IMG/VR virus record: IMGVR_UViG_3300010370_000047
Location: 1 to 55,348 of that record
DNA from: a virus
Lineage: Duplodnaviria > Caudoviricetes
Strand: one strand, 5' to 3'
DNA: 55,348 nucleotides
The notes beneath the pieces are model-generated. The model ran no database searches and was not told the origin of the DNA. It saw only the letters and a program-made list of their open reading frames with translations. Below, one piece after another: positions 45,313 to 53,555 of this stretch (position 1 is the stretch's first letter; every line of letters begins with the position of its first letter). The translations under genes and the position numbers were made by a program.

Positions 45313-46863
45313 TTACCGCAAACATTTCTGAATGGAGTCTACAGTTGTTTCGTTGTTACGTAGGTCCACGGAGTAAACCTCATCACTGAAGTCCTTACAT
45401 ACACTCGGAACTTGCATGTTGATACAGATCGTAGACCACTGTGTTCCAGTATCATTTTTAAACTTGGTTAGTCTCCTTTTAAAGTTTTCATTTACTTCTG
45501 AGTTACCGTCAGTAATTAAAAGAACATCGGCCCGATCCCCCACAACACCTTTATCTACCGCGTGGGCTATTACGGCGTTGAAACTGGTCCCGCCACCTAG
45601 AGTCCAGTCGCCAATAAAATCAATTAGTTCCTTGTTATTCTTTCTATCCGCTAAAAGCACTACGGATTCTTGTATGCGTGTATCGAACAAGTGAATTCGA
45701 ACTTCACGCTTTTCTCTGAGAGCTTCTTCAGTCACAACAAAAGCTATTGCTTTACTCCAGATTTCTGCGTCTCCCGACATCGAACCTGAAACGTCCACAT
45801 AGAGAACAATCGGCCCCTTACCCTGCTCTTTTAAATTTGCCGTGTAGTCTTTAGTTAATAAAGTTTTTTGGGAATACTTCAGAGCAAAGAGAGCACGTCC
45901 CTGCGGTGTGTTTGCTAACGCAATCTCTGTCGGGAATGCTCGGGTCAGATCGTCGCTAAACTTTGCTCCAGTTATCGCTTCATAATTAGCTGCTGTCTTC
46001 TTAGCTCGTTTACGTTCGTGCCACACACGACGCAACGCACCAAGTTTTTTAATGATTGCTTTTAGATTTCGGTTACTCTTTAGTTTCTTCGCCAACTCTC
46101 TCTTCTCCGCGAGGTTACCTGTTGAGTGCCCTTGGCCAGCCTCGGTTCCGAACAGATTACTAATGCTCTCATCCGTATCGTCATTGTTCTTAACTGCATC
46201 GTCAATCACCTTGTGGGTTTGAGGTTGGATTGCTTCCCTTGCTTTCTGGAGTGCTTCGTTAATCGCTTGATTCAATGCCTTGCCGGCCATTCTCGCTTTT
46301 TGGGCGGCATCTTTATCTCCTTCGCTCACAGCTTTTTGATACTGTTCGCGAAGTTTCTGTAGTTCTTCGCTGCCGTTCGTAAGTAGTTGTACGTCGAACT
46401 GCTTTTCTTCTATAGCCTCTTCGATAATCTCAGAGATACTATTGATAACGTTGACAGCGTTGTTTCCAGCATTGAACTGCATACCTACGCTTCTGCGTAG
46501 AAGTTCCGGCCATGCCGCAGCCTGAGTCAGGTCGCTCATAATCGCCCACCAGATACCGTTTTCTGGTTTGTAGCCTTCTGGTATCGCTGTTGTGTCTCCG
46601 TTGCACACCTTTCGGTAATACTCCTCATAGGCATCCTCGGAGATCAACCACGTAACGTTATCTGCGTTATACAATCTTTCAAACAACTCCTTACCAAAGC
46701 GTGAAAGTTGTTTGATGTTGTAATGATCTACCAGGTAATGCACTGTTGGGCGAGCATCCCTAACGAAATCTCCCCACAGGAAATCCGCCAGCGCGGAGCA
46801 GGCTAAAGTCAGAGGCTCATTGTTGACGAGCCTTACAAGCTCGCTTTGTTTTGTGAATTCCAT
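45313..46863 (-). CDS. VWA domain protein (ViaA/CoxE-like)
   Basis: KGPIVLYVDVSGSMSG (MIDAS DxSxS), GGTSFN, DVLLITDG. Confidence 0.9.
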   Translation of the reverse strand: MEFTKQSELVRLVNNEPLTLACSALADFLWGDFVRDARPTVHYLVDHYNIKQLSRFGKELFERLYNADNVTWLISEDAYEEYYRKVCNGDTTAIPEGYKPENGIWWAIMSDLTQAAAWPELLRRSVGMQFNAGNNAVNVINSISEIIEEAIEEKQFDVQLLTNGSEELQKLREQYQKAVSEGDKDAAQKARMAGKALNQAINEALQKAREAIQPQTHKVIDDAVKNNDDTDESISNLFGTEAGQGHSTGNLAEKRELAKKLKSNRNLKAIIKKLGALRRVWHERKRAKKTAANYEAITGAKFSDDLTRAFPTEIALANTPQGRALFALKYSQKTLLTKDYTANLKEQGKGPIVLYVDVSGSMSGDAEIWSKAIAFVVTEEALREKREVRIHLFDTRIQESVVLLADRKNNKELIDFIGDWTLGGGTSFNAVIAHAVDKGVVGDRADVLLITDGNSEVNENFKRRLTKFKNDTGTQWSTICINMQVPSVCKDFSDEVYSVDLRNNETTVDSIQKCLR

Positions 46864-46864
46864 G

Positions 46865-48052
46865 TTACTTAGTGATGTCATTGATTGCTCTAGCGAGGGT
46901 CTCGCAGTGTGTTTGTAACTGTTGGACAAGCTTTACGCCTTTTGCCCGCGTGGACACACTCATCTTGAAGTTCTTACCATCAAGAATTTCATTTACTTTT
47001 TCGACAACTGTAGTCATGTCTCGGTGATACTTCCGCATCGAGATAACGTCATCATTTAGCTCTGACAGTCCGCGACTCTGGAGTCTGTGATTACGGCTAG
47101 AGTACTCAGCCATAATCCCAGCGGCTGCTCGTTTCGCATCGGCAAAGATACGATCAGCCGTAGGCACTTCCTGCTCTAACACTTCCTGAATAATTTTCTG
47201 ATCCTCCTGTGTTTGGTATACGATATGGATTATAGAATTGTGCATGTGTTCTGGGTGAAGAATATCGTCCCCCTGAACAATCGCCCACGCTTTCAGGAAC
47301 TTAAGAATTTGTACACGCCTGCGGTCTGAAATTACAATGCTCCGTTGTTCGAGTGCTTGCCAAACACAGCTAAACTCTTCTAGAAACTCGTCAGAGATTT
47401 TGATTGTCGCTGCCTGATCTTGCAGTTCTTTAAGTTCTTCTAGAGTTAAATGCTCTCCTACGTTTGGTCTATCCTCCATCCCCAGCGCCCAGGCATCCAA
47501 CAATCCTTTCGATGCTGGCTTCTTAAGCGGTTCCACCGTGGGCCTAAACAGGAATCGATCAGCAAATGCCTGGAGTGATTCCTCATCAGGCCAACTGTTT
47601 GTTGCTGCGATTATAGATTGAATAGGTGTTTCTACATTTGTCTTACCGTTATTAAACGTTCGCTCATTCAGGAGCGTTAGCAGCGAGTTTAGAATCGCTG
47701 AGCTTCCCCTAAATAGTTCGTCGATAAACGCAATATGGGCTGACGGTAAGTAACCATCGATATCCCTCGTGTACTCATCGTTTAGGAGTTTGCTCACCGC
47801 CACTGGGCCAAACACTTCTGATGGGTCAGTGGTCGGGGTAAGCAAGTAACCAAAGTAACTGGCCTCCGTAATACCTTTACAGAGATTTCGAACCAAGTCA
47901 GACTTACCTGTTCCGGGCTTTCCTAGCAGAAAGGCATTCTGTTTGCTGAGTAGGGAAGCCAGCAAACCGTCGACAATGTGTTCCCTTTCGAGTGTTGCTG
48001 CGTTCAGCGCACCACGAAATGATTGAAGCTTCTGGAAAAGTTGATCCTGCAT
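46865..48052 (-). CDS. MoxR-family AAA+ ATPase (RavA-like)
   Basis: GKPGTGKS, T.PSEVFGP, FIDELFRGSSAILNSLLTLLNER, AATN, DRFLFR, SDRR. Confidence 0.92.
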   Translation of the reverse strand: MQDQLFQKLQSFRGALNAATLEREHIVDGLLASLLSKQNAFLLGKPGTGKSDLVRNLCKGITEASYFGYLLTPTTDPSEVFGPVAVSKLLNDEYTRDIDGYLPSAHIAFIDELFRGSSAILNSLLTLLNERTFNNGKTNVETPIQSIIAATNSWPDEESLQAFADRFLFRPTVEPLKKPASKGLLDAWALGMEDRPNVGEHLTLEELKELQDQAATIKISDEFLEEFSCVWQALEQRSIVISDRRRVQILKFLKAWAIVQGDDILHPEHMHNSIIHIVYQTQEDQKIIQEVLEQEVPTADRIFADAKRAAAGIMAEYSSRNHRLQSRGLSELNDDVISMRKYHRDMTTVVEKVNEILDGKNFKMSVSTRAKGVKLVQQLQTHCETLARAINDITK

Positions 48053-48063
48053 GATGATTGTTT

Positions 48064-48273
48064 TTAAAGTTCGACAGGTTTTGGACGTGGGAAAGGGAGG
48101 TAGGCAACGTCTACCCAACAAGTTTCAGTGAGTCTTTTTCTGACAGTTGTTAGCCGTTCGACTGCAACCTCAAAACTTACAAACGTTACGGCTTCAACTA
48201 TGTCTTCTGTGTACCGTTCCAAATCACTCAAATAACCCTTCTCAGATTCAATCACGTGAACTAATCTCTGCAT
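48064..48273 (-). CDS. Hypothetical protein
   Basis: TAATG coupling to the upstream gene. Confidence 0.5.
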   Translation of the reverse strand: MQRLVHVIESEKGYLSDLERYTEDIVEAVTFVSFEVAVERLTTVRKRLTETCWVDVAYLPFPRPKPVEL

Positions 48274-49478
48274 TAGAAGTCCACCTCGATATCTGATACA
48301 TCTTTGTTGTTCTCTGCTACTTCAGCTATAAGTTCATCTAACTTTCCTCCAGCGGTTTCGATGAGTTCCCTACGCTGTTCCATTAGTTTCTTCAGTTTCT
48401 TGGATCGTTGTTCATAAATGTCAACCTCCAGATTTACATCCTTCATCAGAAGATTGAGACTGTTGGAATTCTCAGCCGATTTAATACGCTCGCACAAAGT
48501 CTTGTAAGACGACGAGAGAGCCAAGGACTGTTTGAGCTTTTCGAGTCCTTTCGAAGTGTCCCGTGAGTTACAAATCGATTCCAGCTCCTCGCGTATCTCA
48601 GTTTGAATCTGATAGAAGCTTTCCGTAGCGTTCTGCCGCGAGGCCGCGTGGGTAGATTGCAGTCCCGCTCCACTTTCAAGGAGTCGACCCGCCAACTCTG
48701 CGAGCTTATCGAAGCCAGCAACTGAGTCACTAATAAGTTGTAGTTTCTCTGCTGTGATCTGCCAGCTGCCACGTTTCTTCTCCGATCCTGTTTGTTGTTT
48801 ACCTACTTTGCTAGCGATTCGAATATCCAGGTCATCCAACAGTTCAGCTCCAATCGTTAGAGCTTTATCAGCTGCTCCTTGTTTCGCTGCCTCTAAAACT
48901 TTCTGAGTGTTGATGGTGTTTTCGAACTGAATAAAAGAATCGATATCGCCTTCAACAGGCTTGTCGACTTTCTGAAGTGAGATCGGAAGTGGCCCCAAGA
49001 CGCTAACTCTGATGGGAGTTTTGTATTCATCTTTTGTTGGAAAAATACGCATGTAAGCATCGAACGCCACCGCATACTCTTGGTCGTCTTCAAACAGTGG
49101 TTTGAGGATATTTTCTGTAGTTGTCTGCCACTTGGTGAACTCTTCTTCCCAAAGATCCTTTAACCTCGCGTTAGCGTCTTCGGCCTGCGCCTTAATTGTT
49201 TTAATCAGAGCGTTAGCGTCAGAAAAATAGTTAGCAGTGACAAAATGATTATCGCCGTAGTGAATGCAATAGCTATCGTACAGTTCACGCTGAAGAACAC
49301 GTAGTCCATCAAGTTCTTTCTTGAGAGCATTACTCAGGTGAGGACGAATGCTAACAGTGTTACTGGCTTCCAGCGTATCAATAACCGATTGCGGAAGTTT
49401 TAGGTCGTCGAACTTGAGTTGAACTGATTGCCTTACATCAGCTCCGATTTGACATGAAAGCAAATAATGCGTTGTCAT
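48273..49478 (-). CDS. Large helical protein (possibly DUF3150-like) upstream of MoxR/VWA
   Basis: Coiled-coil-rich. The family guess comes from context and memory only. Confidence 0.5.
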   Translation of the reverse strand: MTTHYLLSCQIGADVRQSVQLKFDDLKLPQSVIDTLEASNTVSIRPHLSNALKKELDGLRVLQRELYDSYCIHYGDNHFVTANYFSDANALIKTIKAQAEDANARLKDLWEEEFTKWQTTTENILKPLFEDDQEYAVAFDAYMRIFPTKDEYKTPIRVSVLGPLPISLQKVDKPVEGDIDSFIQFENTINTQKVLEAAKQGAADKALTIGAELLDDLDIRIASKVGKQQTGSEKKRGSWQITAEKLQLISDSVAGFDKLAELAGRLLESGAGLQSTHAASRQNATESFYQIQTEIREELESICNSRDTSKGLEKLKQSLALSSSYKTLCERIKSAENSNSLNLLMKDVNLEVDIYEQRSKKLKKLMEQRRELIETAGGKLDELIAEVAENNKDVSDIEVDF

Positions 49479-49542
49479 TGTGTTAGTTAAATGTTTGTTC
49501 AGGGTGGACAAAGTGGAAGCCCCTCTTAGCGAGGGGCAATCC

Positions 49543-49570
49543 AGAATAGCTCTATGCGTTGTGTGCGCAA
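49543..49570 (-). promoter_or_regulatory. Sigma-70-type promoter
   Basis: TTGCGC-16 nt-TATTCT, followed by the hairpin GCCCCTC-GCTAA-GAGGGGC. Confidence 0.5.
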
Positions 49571-49577
49571 GGTAGCT

Positions 49578-50006
49578 TCAGGATTTCTTTAGACGATTGA
49601 AAGCCAGGGTGATCTTCTCAGTCAGCTCGTCGCATTCTTGCGACGCAACCAGCTGTTCTGCCGTGTGCTTCAGCTGCATCTTCGCCAACTTCAGCTCGCT
49701 TTCGAGCTTCTCCACCTTGGCTGCCAGCTTCTCCAGCTTGCTGTGCGGTGTGGGTTTACGGTGAATGCGTACAACGATATTCGTATTAAATTGAGGGAAC
49801 TTGAATCGGCTAGTCTCACCAGAGAACACTGAAAGATCTAAGCCTTCTGTATCTGCGATCTTCACATCACGGAGTAGGTTATCTTTTGCGGCGTCATAAG
49901 GTACGCCGAAGGATTGCGTTAGCTGGGCATTAGCTTCGTCAAACTCAGAGAAGCACTCGGCAGCGATCTGGCCGAGATCAATCAAGTCTGATGTACGGAT
50001 GGTCAT
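49578..50006 (-). CDS. Hypothetical coiled-coil protein
   Basis: ATG 50006 (MTIRTSD) after an A/C-rich leader. Confidence 0.6.
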   Translation of the reverse strand: MTIRTSDLIDLGQIAAECFSEFDEANAQLTQSFGVPYDAAKDNLLRDVKIADTEGLDLSVFSGETSRFKFPQFNTNIVVRIHRKPTPHSKLEKLAAKVEKLESELKLAKMQLKHTAEQLVASQECDELTEKITLAFNRLKKS

Positions 50007-50072
50007 GGGGTTTGGATGTTGATGTTGTTGCGCACCACGTTTTAAAGGGCTCGTGTGCCGCCCTGTGTGCAA

Positions 50073-50101
50073 ACTATAGCACTATGGGAGTTTCCTGTAA
50101 A
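50073..50101 (-). promoter_or_regulatory. Sigma-70-type promoter
   Basis: TTTACA-17 nt-TATAGT with an extended TG. Confidence 0.7.
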
Positions 50102-50109
50102 GTCCTGAG

Positions 50110-50187
50110 TCGGTGCCGAGGGATCGAACCCACACGTGTTGTGCCCAAACTCCCACGTAAAAAGCACAACAGCCACCAGGCGCACCG
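50110..50187 (-). ncRNA. tRNA-like element (non-canonical)
   Basis: CGGTGC/GCACCG terminal stem, TGGTGG D-like loop, 10-bp central helix, GGGTTCGATCCC T-arm. No canonical anticodon loop and no CCA. Confidence 0.5.
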
Positions 50188-50192
50188 TTACC

Positions 50193-50372
50193 TCAGCGAC
50201 GTGGGTACACAGCCACCCACGAGGCGTATATGTCGCGGTTCTCCTTAAGGAAAACTTTCTTAGCTTGCTCCTGTGTATCAGCGGCTACACGAGAATCATA
50301 CTTCCAACCGTCTTTACCCCTACGAACAAACACGTCGAATTCGTGAATGATTTCAGGGCGTTGCGACTGCAT
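50193..50372 (-). CDS. Small protein (59 aa), not in the ORF track
   Basis: MQSQRPEIIHEFDVFVRRGKDGWKYDSRVAADTQEQAKKVFLKENRDIYASWVAVYPRR*. Confidence 0.6.
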   Translation of the reverse strand: MQSQRPEIIHEFDVFVRRGKDGWKYDSRVAADTQEQAKKVFLKENRDIYASWVAVYPRR

Positions 50373-50549
50373 TGATTGCGGCTAACTCAGCCCCGAAATC
50401 ATAACAAACGACAGGACATACTCTCACATATTTAAAAGCTTATGGTTTGTTCTAGTGTTTACCGCAGCTAAGGCTCGTCCGTTTCTCTGTTATAAAAGGA
50501 TTACCTTATTAACATTTGGTTTACTTAACGTAAATTTCGCGACGCTGGG

Positions 50550-50570
50550 AAAATAAAACCCCATCGGGGG
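50550..50570 (-). terminator. Terminator of the early gene array
   Basis: CCCC-CGAT-GGGG followed by TTTTATTTT. Confidence 0.6.
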
Positions 50571-50583
50571 CGTGGACATAGGT

Positions 50584-50787
50584 TTATTCCACAGGGTTAT
50601 CCTCTCGGTAAGAGAGATGTTCCTCTGCTGCTTTGGTGTAAGTGAGCCCTCGTTTATAACTGAGTTGGATTGATGGACTCAGCTGTAGAGCGTTCTCATT
50701 TTCGAAATGTTTGTAGCGGATCATTAGTTCGTCTCTCACTCTGCCCATGAACTTGTAGTAGTTAGGGTCTAGCAGTGTGTCGGACAT
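50584..50787 (-). CDS. Small early-type protein
   Basis: 67 aa in a co-oriented array. Confidence 0.55.
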   Translation of the reverse strand: MSDTLLDPNYYKFMGRVRDELMIRYKHFENENALQLSPSIQLSYKRGLTYTKAAEEHLSYREDNPVE

Positions 50788-50814
50788 AATTTAAAGTGAT
50801 GTCGTTAAAGGTTG

Positions 50815-51039
50815 TTACTTGCTGTACTTTGAGTGCTCTTTGGTTAACTCATTAAATCGAGTTTTTAGATCATAATAGTACTTGATGTCTTTTGAGATTG
50901 CCTCCTTGATTCTTAAGTCGTCAGTGTCGTTTAGTGCTGTGTTGTATTCTCTGATGATGTTGGATAGCTGAGCACTGATGCTTTCGGACTCTTCCTTATT
51001 TAAATAAATCGGAAGCTTGTAGTCATGAAATTGAAGCAT
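50815..51039 (-). CDS. Small early-type protein
   Basis: ATG 51039 (MLQFHD). Confidence 0.55.
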   Translation of the reverse strand: MLQFHDYKLPIYLNKEESESISAQLSNIIREYNTALNDTDDLRIKEAISKDIKYYYDLKTRFNELTKEHSKYSK

Positions 51040-51069
51040 TGCAGTCAGTTGGTGCCACGTTAGTGTAGT

Positions 51070-51108
51070 GTGTGCGGCGGCCCCGCGCAAGCGGGAGCAT
51101 CAAGATTC
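51070..51108. repeat. Intergenic mini-hairpin repeat, copy A
   Basis: + strand GGCGGC-CCCGC-GCAA-GCGGG...ATCAAGATTC. Confidence 0.7.
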
Positions 51109-51309
51109 CCGGTGGATTCTCGCGATCACATCCTGATGCCTTGGCTTCAGTTCGATCACGTCTCCCCGGTCATACCTGTTACACCGCACACCATTCCAAC
51201 CTATAAGATTCTTAGCTCGGCGAACCACACTTTTATCATCTGCTTGGATGTAGTGCTTTTCGACCCAGCTTTTATCCGTGTCTGATACTTCGATGAAATA
51301 ACCGATCAT
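51100..51309 (-). CDS. Small early-type protein
   Basis: 69 aa; SWV.K..I...VRRAK..IGWNG.RC. Confidence 0.6.
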   Translation of the reverse strand: MIGYFIEVSDTDKSWVEKHYIQADDKSVVRRAKNLIGWNGVRCNRYDRGDVIELKPRHQDVIARIHRES

Positions 51310-51346
51310 TGTACAAGTTTATGTAAGTTTGATTTGATGTGTGTTG

Positions 51347-51502
51347 TTAGATCTTATCTGTTGGGACTAGGAACCACGCTATAAAGAACCCGATCAGGAT
51401 GCAAATTGGCGACAGCGGAGGCTGCGTGGTGCCACCCACTGCCATCAGAATTGCAGCCAGAACAAAAAAGAGATTGTCGCGTTGAGTTTTAGTCATCTTC
51501 AT
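51347..51502 (-). CDS. Small two-TM membrane protein
   Basis: MKMTKTQRDNLFFVLAAILMAVGG...ICILIGFFIAWFLV. Confidence 0.55.
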   Translation of the reverse strand: MKMTKTQRDNLFFVLAAILMAVGGTTQPPLSPICILIGFFIAWFLVPTDKI

Positions 51503-51671
51503 GGTCGAAACTAAAGTTCTCGTGCAGTTCACCCATGATGCAGTTTGTGATGTTTTCAATGATGTGCTCCTCAGTGGGGTTCTCTGTATGTTTGCGGGCT
51601 CGGGCATACCCTCGGCGGGCCCCGTCCTCTATGGATTGTTCGAGCAGTTTGTAAAAACGGGGCTTCATCAT
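51489..51671 (-). CDS. Small early-type protein
   Basis: MMKPRFY.LLE..IE.G..RGY.RARKH.ENP...I...I...L.E.F.F is a recurrent cyanophage small-protein pattern (from memory). Confidence 0.65.
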   Translation of the reverse strand: MMKPRFYKLLEQSIEDGARRGYARARKHTENPTEEHIIENITNCIMGELHENFSFDHEDD

Positions 51672-51703
51672 GGCGCGAGAGAAGTGATGATAGTAGTTTG
51701 ATT

Positions 51704-52027
51704 TTACTGAGAGAGTACAGGAAGCTTTGGCGCTGTGGACACCTTTACTGTGTCGTTGTGTATTCTCAGTGCCCACCGATTGAACTCAGAGACTGTAACG
51801 TTAATTCGTACAGCATGGAGGTTCGACCATTGCGCGAAACTTTCGTTAAGTTCCCAGAGGTTTCCCCAGTTCTCTCCTTCAGCGAATGTTGCAACTGACT
51901 GCCCATATTGATCAAGGCAGACAATCAAACAACGTCGTTTGCCATTGGCATCGTTGCTTGTACAAATGTGTAGGACGTTAGTTACCTTGTAGATGTTTGC
52001 TCTGTCGCTGTGGATGTAGAAGGCCAT
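51704..52027 (-). CDS. Small early-type protein
   Basis: LHICTSNDANGKRR resembles QHLCARNDANGNPQR of 54678-54968, so probably a paralog. Confidence 0.6.
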   Translation of the reverse strand: MAFYIHSDRANIYKVTNVLHICTSNDANGKRRCLIVCLDQYGQSVATFAEGENWGNLWELNESFAQWSNLHAVRINVTVSEFNRWALRIHNDTVKVSTAPKLPVLSQ

Positions 52028-52041
52028 AAATTCAATTGCTC

Positions 52042-52392
52042 TTAGTGAGTTTGTTTGTGTTTGAAGTCAATGGATACCTTTCGTTCACTCCTAAGTTTGT
52101 ATATGAATTCTTCTAGTTCAGCCTCGCTGCCTGCAATCGAAACTGTTATCTCTGTGTGTTTAGGTTTGGGCCTGCGTGCTTCTGTCAGCTTCCTTACCAG
52201 TATCTTTCGCTGAAACTTTGTGCCGCAACAGGGATCAGGAAGTATAAAGTCACTGCAGCACTTAAGTTCTTCATCTGCTCCCCACTTGACGGCTTCGAGC
52301 AAGACTTCATTCAGCGTATTGCGTTCGCTGTAGAAGTTATCCCGCCAACGTTCTAGAACATCCCACGGTGGGACGATTGCGTTGTCTTTCAT
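52042..52392 (-). CDS. Small early-type protein
   Basis: IVPP..V.E.W...A..WGADEEL..C...L..ARRPKP is a cyanophage-type motif (from memory). Confidence 0.65.
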   Translation of the reverse strand: MKDNAIVPPWDVLERWRDNFYSERNTLNEVLLEAVKWGADEELKCCSDFILPDPCCGTKFQRKILVRKLTEARRPKPKHTEITVSIAGSEAELEEFIYKLRSERKVSIDFKHKQTH

Positions 52393-52438
52393 TGTCTGAG
52401 GTTACCGATGGAATTGGTTTACTGTGTAGCTTTAGTTG

Positions 52439-52636
52439 TTAATCCAAGCGCTCAATAACAGGAGATTGTGTGTCATGAATCTGTGAGGTTACTACAGTTC
52501 GTTCACACAATGCGTTGTAGGCTGCAGGACAATCGCGCATGAGCTTACGTCGCATATCGCTGTCCATGTAGTATTTGACCGCCATGAGGATTTGATCCTT
52601 GTGGTATTCAGTCATGTTCTTGGGGATGGTAACCAT
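52439..52636 (-). CDS. Small early-type protein
   Basis: 65 aa with an A/C-rich leader. Confidence 0.6.
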   Translation of the reverse strand: MVTIPKNMTEYHKDQILMAVKYYMDSDMRRKLMRDCPAAYNALCERTVVTSQIHDTQSPVIERLD

Positions 52637-52666
52637 GAGAGTTTGTTGTGCTGTTGGTGTTAGTTA

Positions 52667-52699
52667 GTGAAGGCGGCCCAGCGTAGCTGGAGAGAATCA
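52667..52699. repeat. Intergenic mini-hairpin repeat, copy B
   Basis: + strand GGCGGC-CCAGC-GTA-GCTGG. Confidence 0.65.
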
Positions 52700-53044
52700 A
52701 CCACGAACAAATACGTGGCGACTCTTAAGTTCAATCTCCCAGTCAGATTCTTCGATTGCTGTGCCGTACCATTTGCGCGCCTTCTGATAAATACCAGCGC
52801 CACAGAGTTCATGCAGGATTGCATTTAGCCTGCTCTTAGTAGTTGTCGTCTGCCATCCACAGTCACACACAGTTACACAATCATGTGTGATCTCAGCGAT
52901 AGGATTGCCGTGCAGAAAGACGTTAATACGTTCAATTGGTCGGGCAGCGTGGGCGAAGTAAGTAACCACGACCTCAGTATTGTCCGACTTCCAATCCTTA
53001 CGGCTAAGGATTGCGGTGAGCATTTGCTTTTCGATCTTGCGCAT
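52697..53044 (-). CDS. Conserved small cyanophage protein
   Basis: MRKIEKQM..AI...NTEV...LHGN.IA...GWQT.TTKSRLNAIL...YQK..W is a recurrent cyanophage family (from memory). Confidence 0.75.
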   Translation of the reverse strand: MRKIEKQMLTAILSRKDWKSDNTEVVVTYFAHAARPIERINVFLHGNPIAEITHDCVTVCDCGWQTTTTKSRLNAILHELCGAGIYQKARKWYGTAIEESDWEIELKSRHVFVRG

Positions 53045-53079
53045 GATTGTGTCCTGTGAATGTGTGTGTGTTGGTTTAG

Positions 53080-53301
53080 TTAAAAGACTCCGCGTGATTC
53101 AATGTGTTCACGGATGTCATCATCTGTAGGTTCCCAACCTTCGATATATTCGAGTGCGGGAATGATCTCATCCTCAATCTTGTCGATAATGTCGGACGGT
53201 AACAGTTCACTTTGTATCAGTTGCTTGAACCTTGCGAGTGCATGGTACGACAAACTGTAGCTGCTGAGAGTGTAGATGTCGTAAGGGAATCGGTTGCTCA
53301 T
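53080..53301 (-). CDS. Small early-type protein
   Basis: 73 aa; WEPTDDDI. Confidence 0.6.
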   Translation of the reverse strand: MSNRFPYDIYTLSSYSLSYHALARFKQLIQSELLPSDIIDKIEDEIIPALEYIEGWEPTDDDIREHIESRGVF

Positions 53302-53305
53302 TGTG

Positions 53306-53518
53306 TTAGTTGTCCTGTTGTTCGTTAGCTTCGTGTTCTTGAATCTGTTCGCGTAGCTGAGAGATTAGATCTTGTAGGTAGTAAGAGCGGGAGGCTGACA
53401 TTGAATCATCAAGGGCACACTCTAAGTTGTAGAGTGCATCCTTAGCATCTTCAATTGTTAGAAACGTGTCGGTGCAGAAGGTAACACCGTATTCATCCAC
53501 TTGCTGAAGTTCAATCAT
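53306..53518 (-). CDS. Small acidic early-type protein
   Basis: ATG 53518 (MIELQQ). Confidence 0.55.
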   Translation of the reverse strand: MIELQQVDEYGVTFCTDTFLTIEDAKDALYNLECALDDSMSASRSYYLQDLISQLREQIQEHEANEQQDN

Positions 53519-53555
53519 GGTTGAGTGTGCGTGTTGATTGTTGATGCCGGCGTGG

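Noticed and set aside
50110-50187. Canonical tRNA gene or attP site
   Set aside because: No U8, no proper D-stem or 7-nt anticodon loop, no CCA, and no integrase in the window. Kept only as a tRNA-like element.
13842-50217. ACAGCCACC 9-mer seen in the 13.8-kb RNA and twice near 50.2 kb
   Set aside because: Too short to separate from chance by eye, and one copy is in coding sequence.
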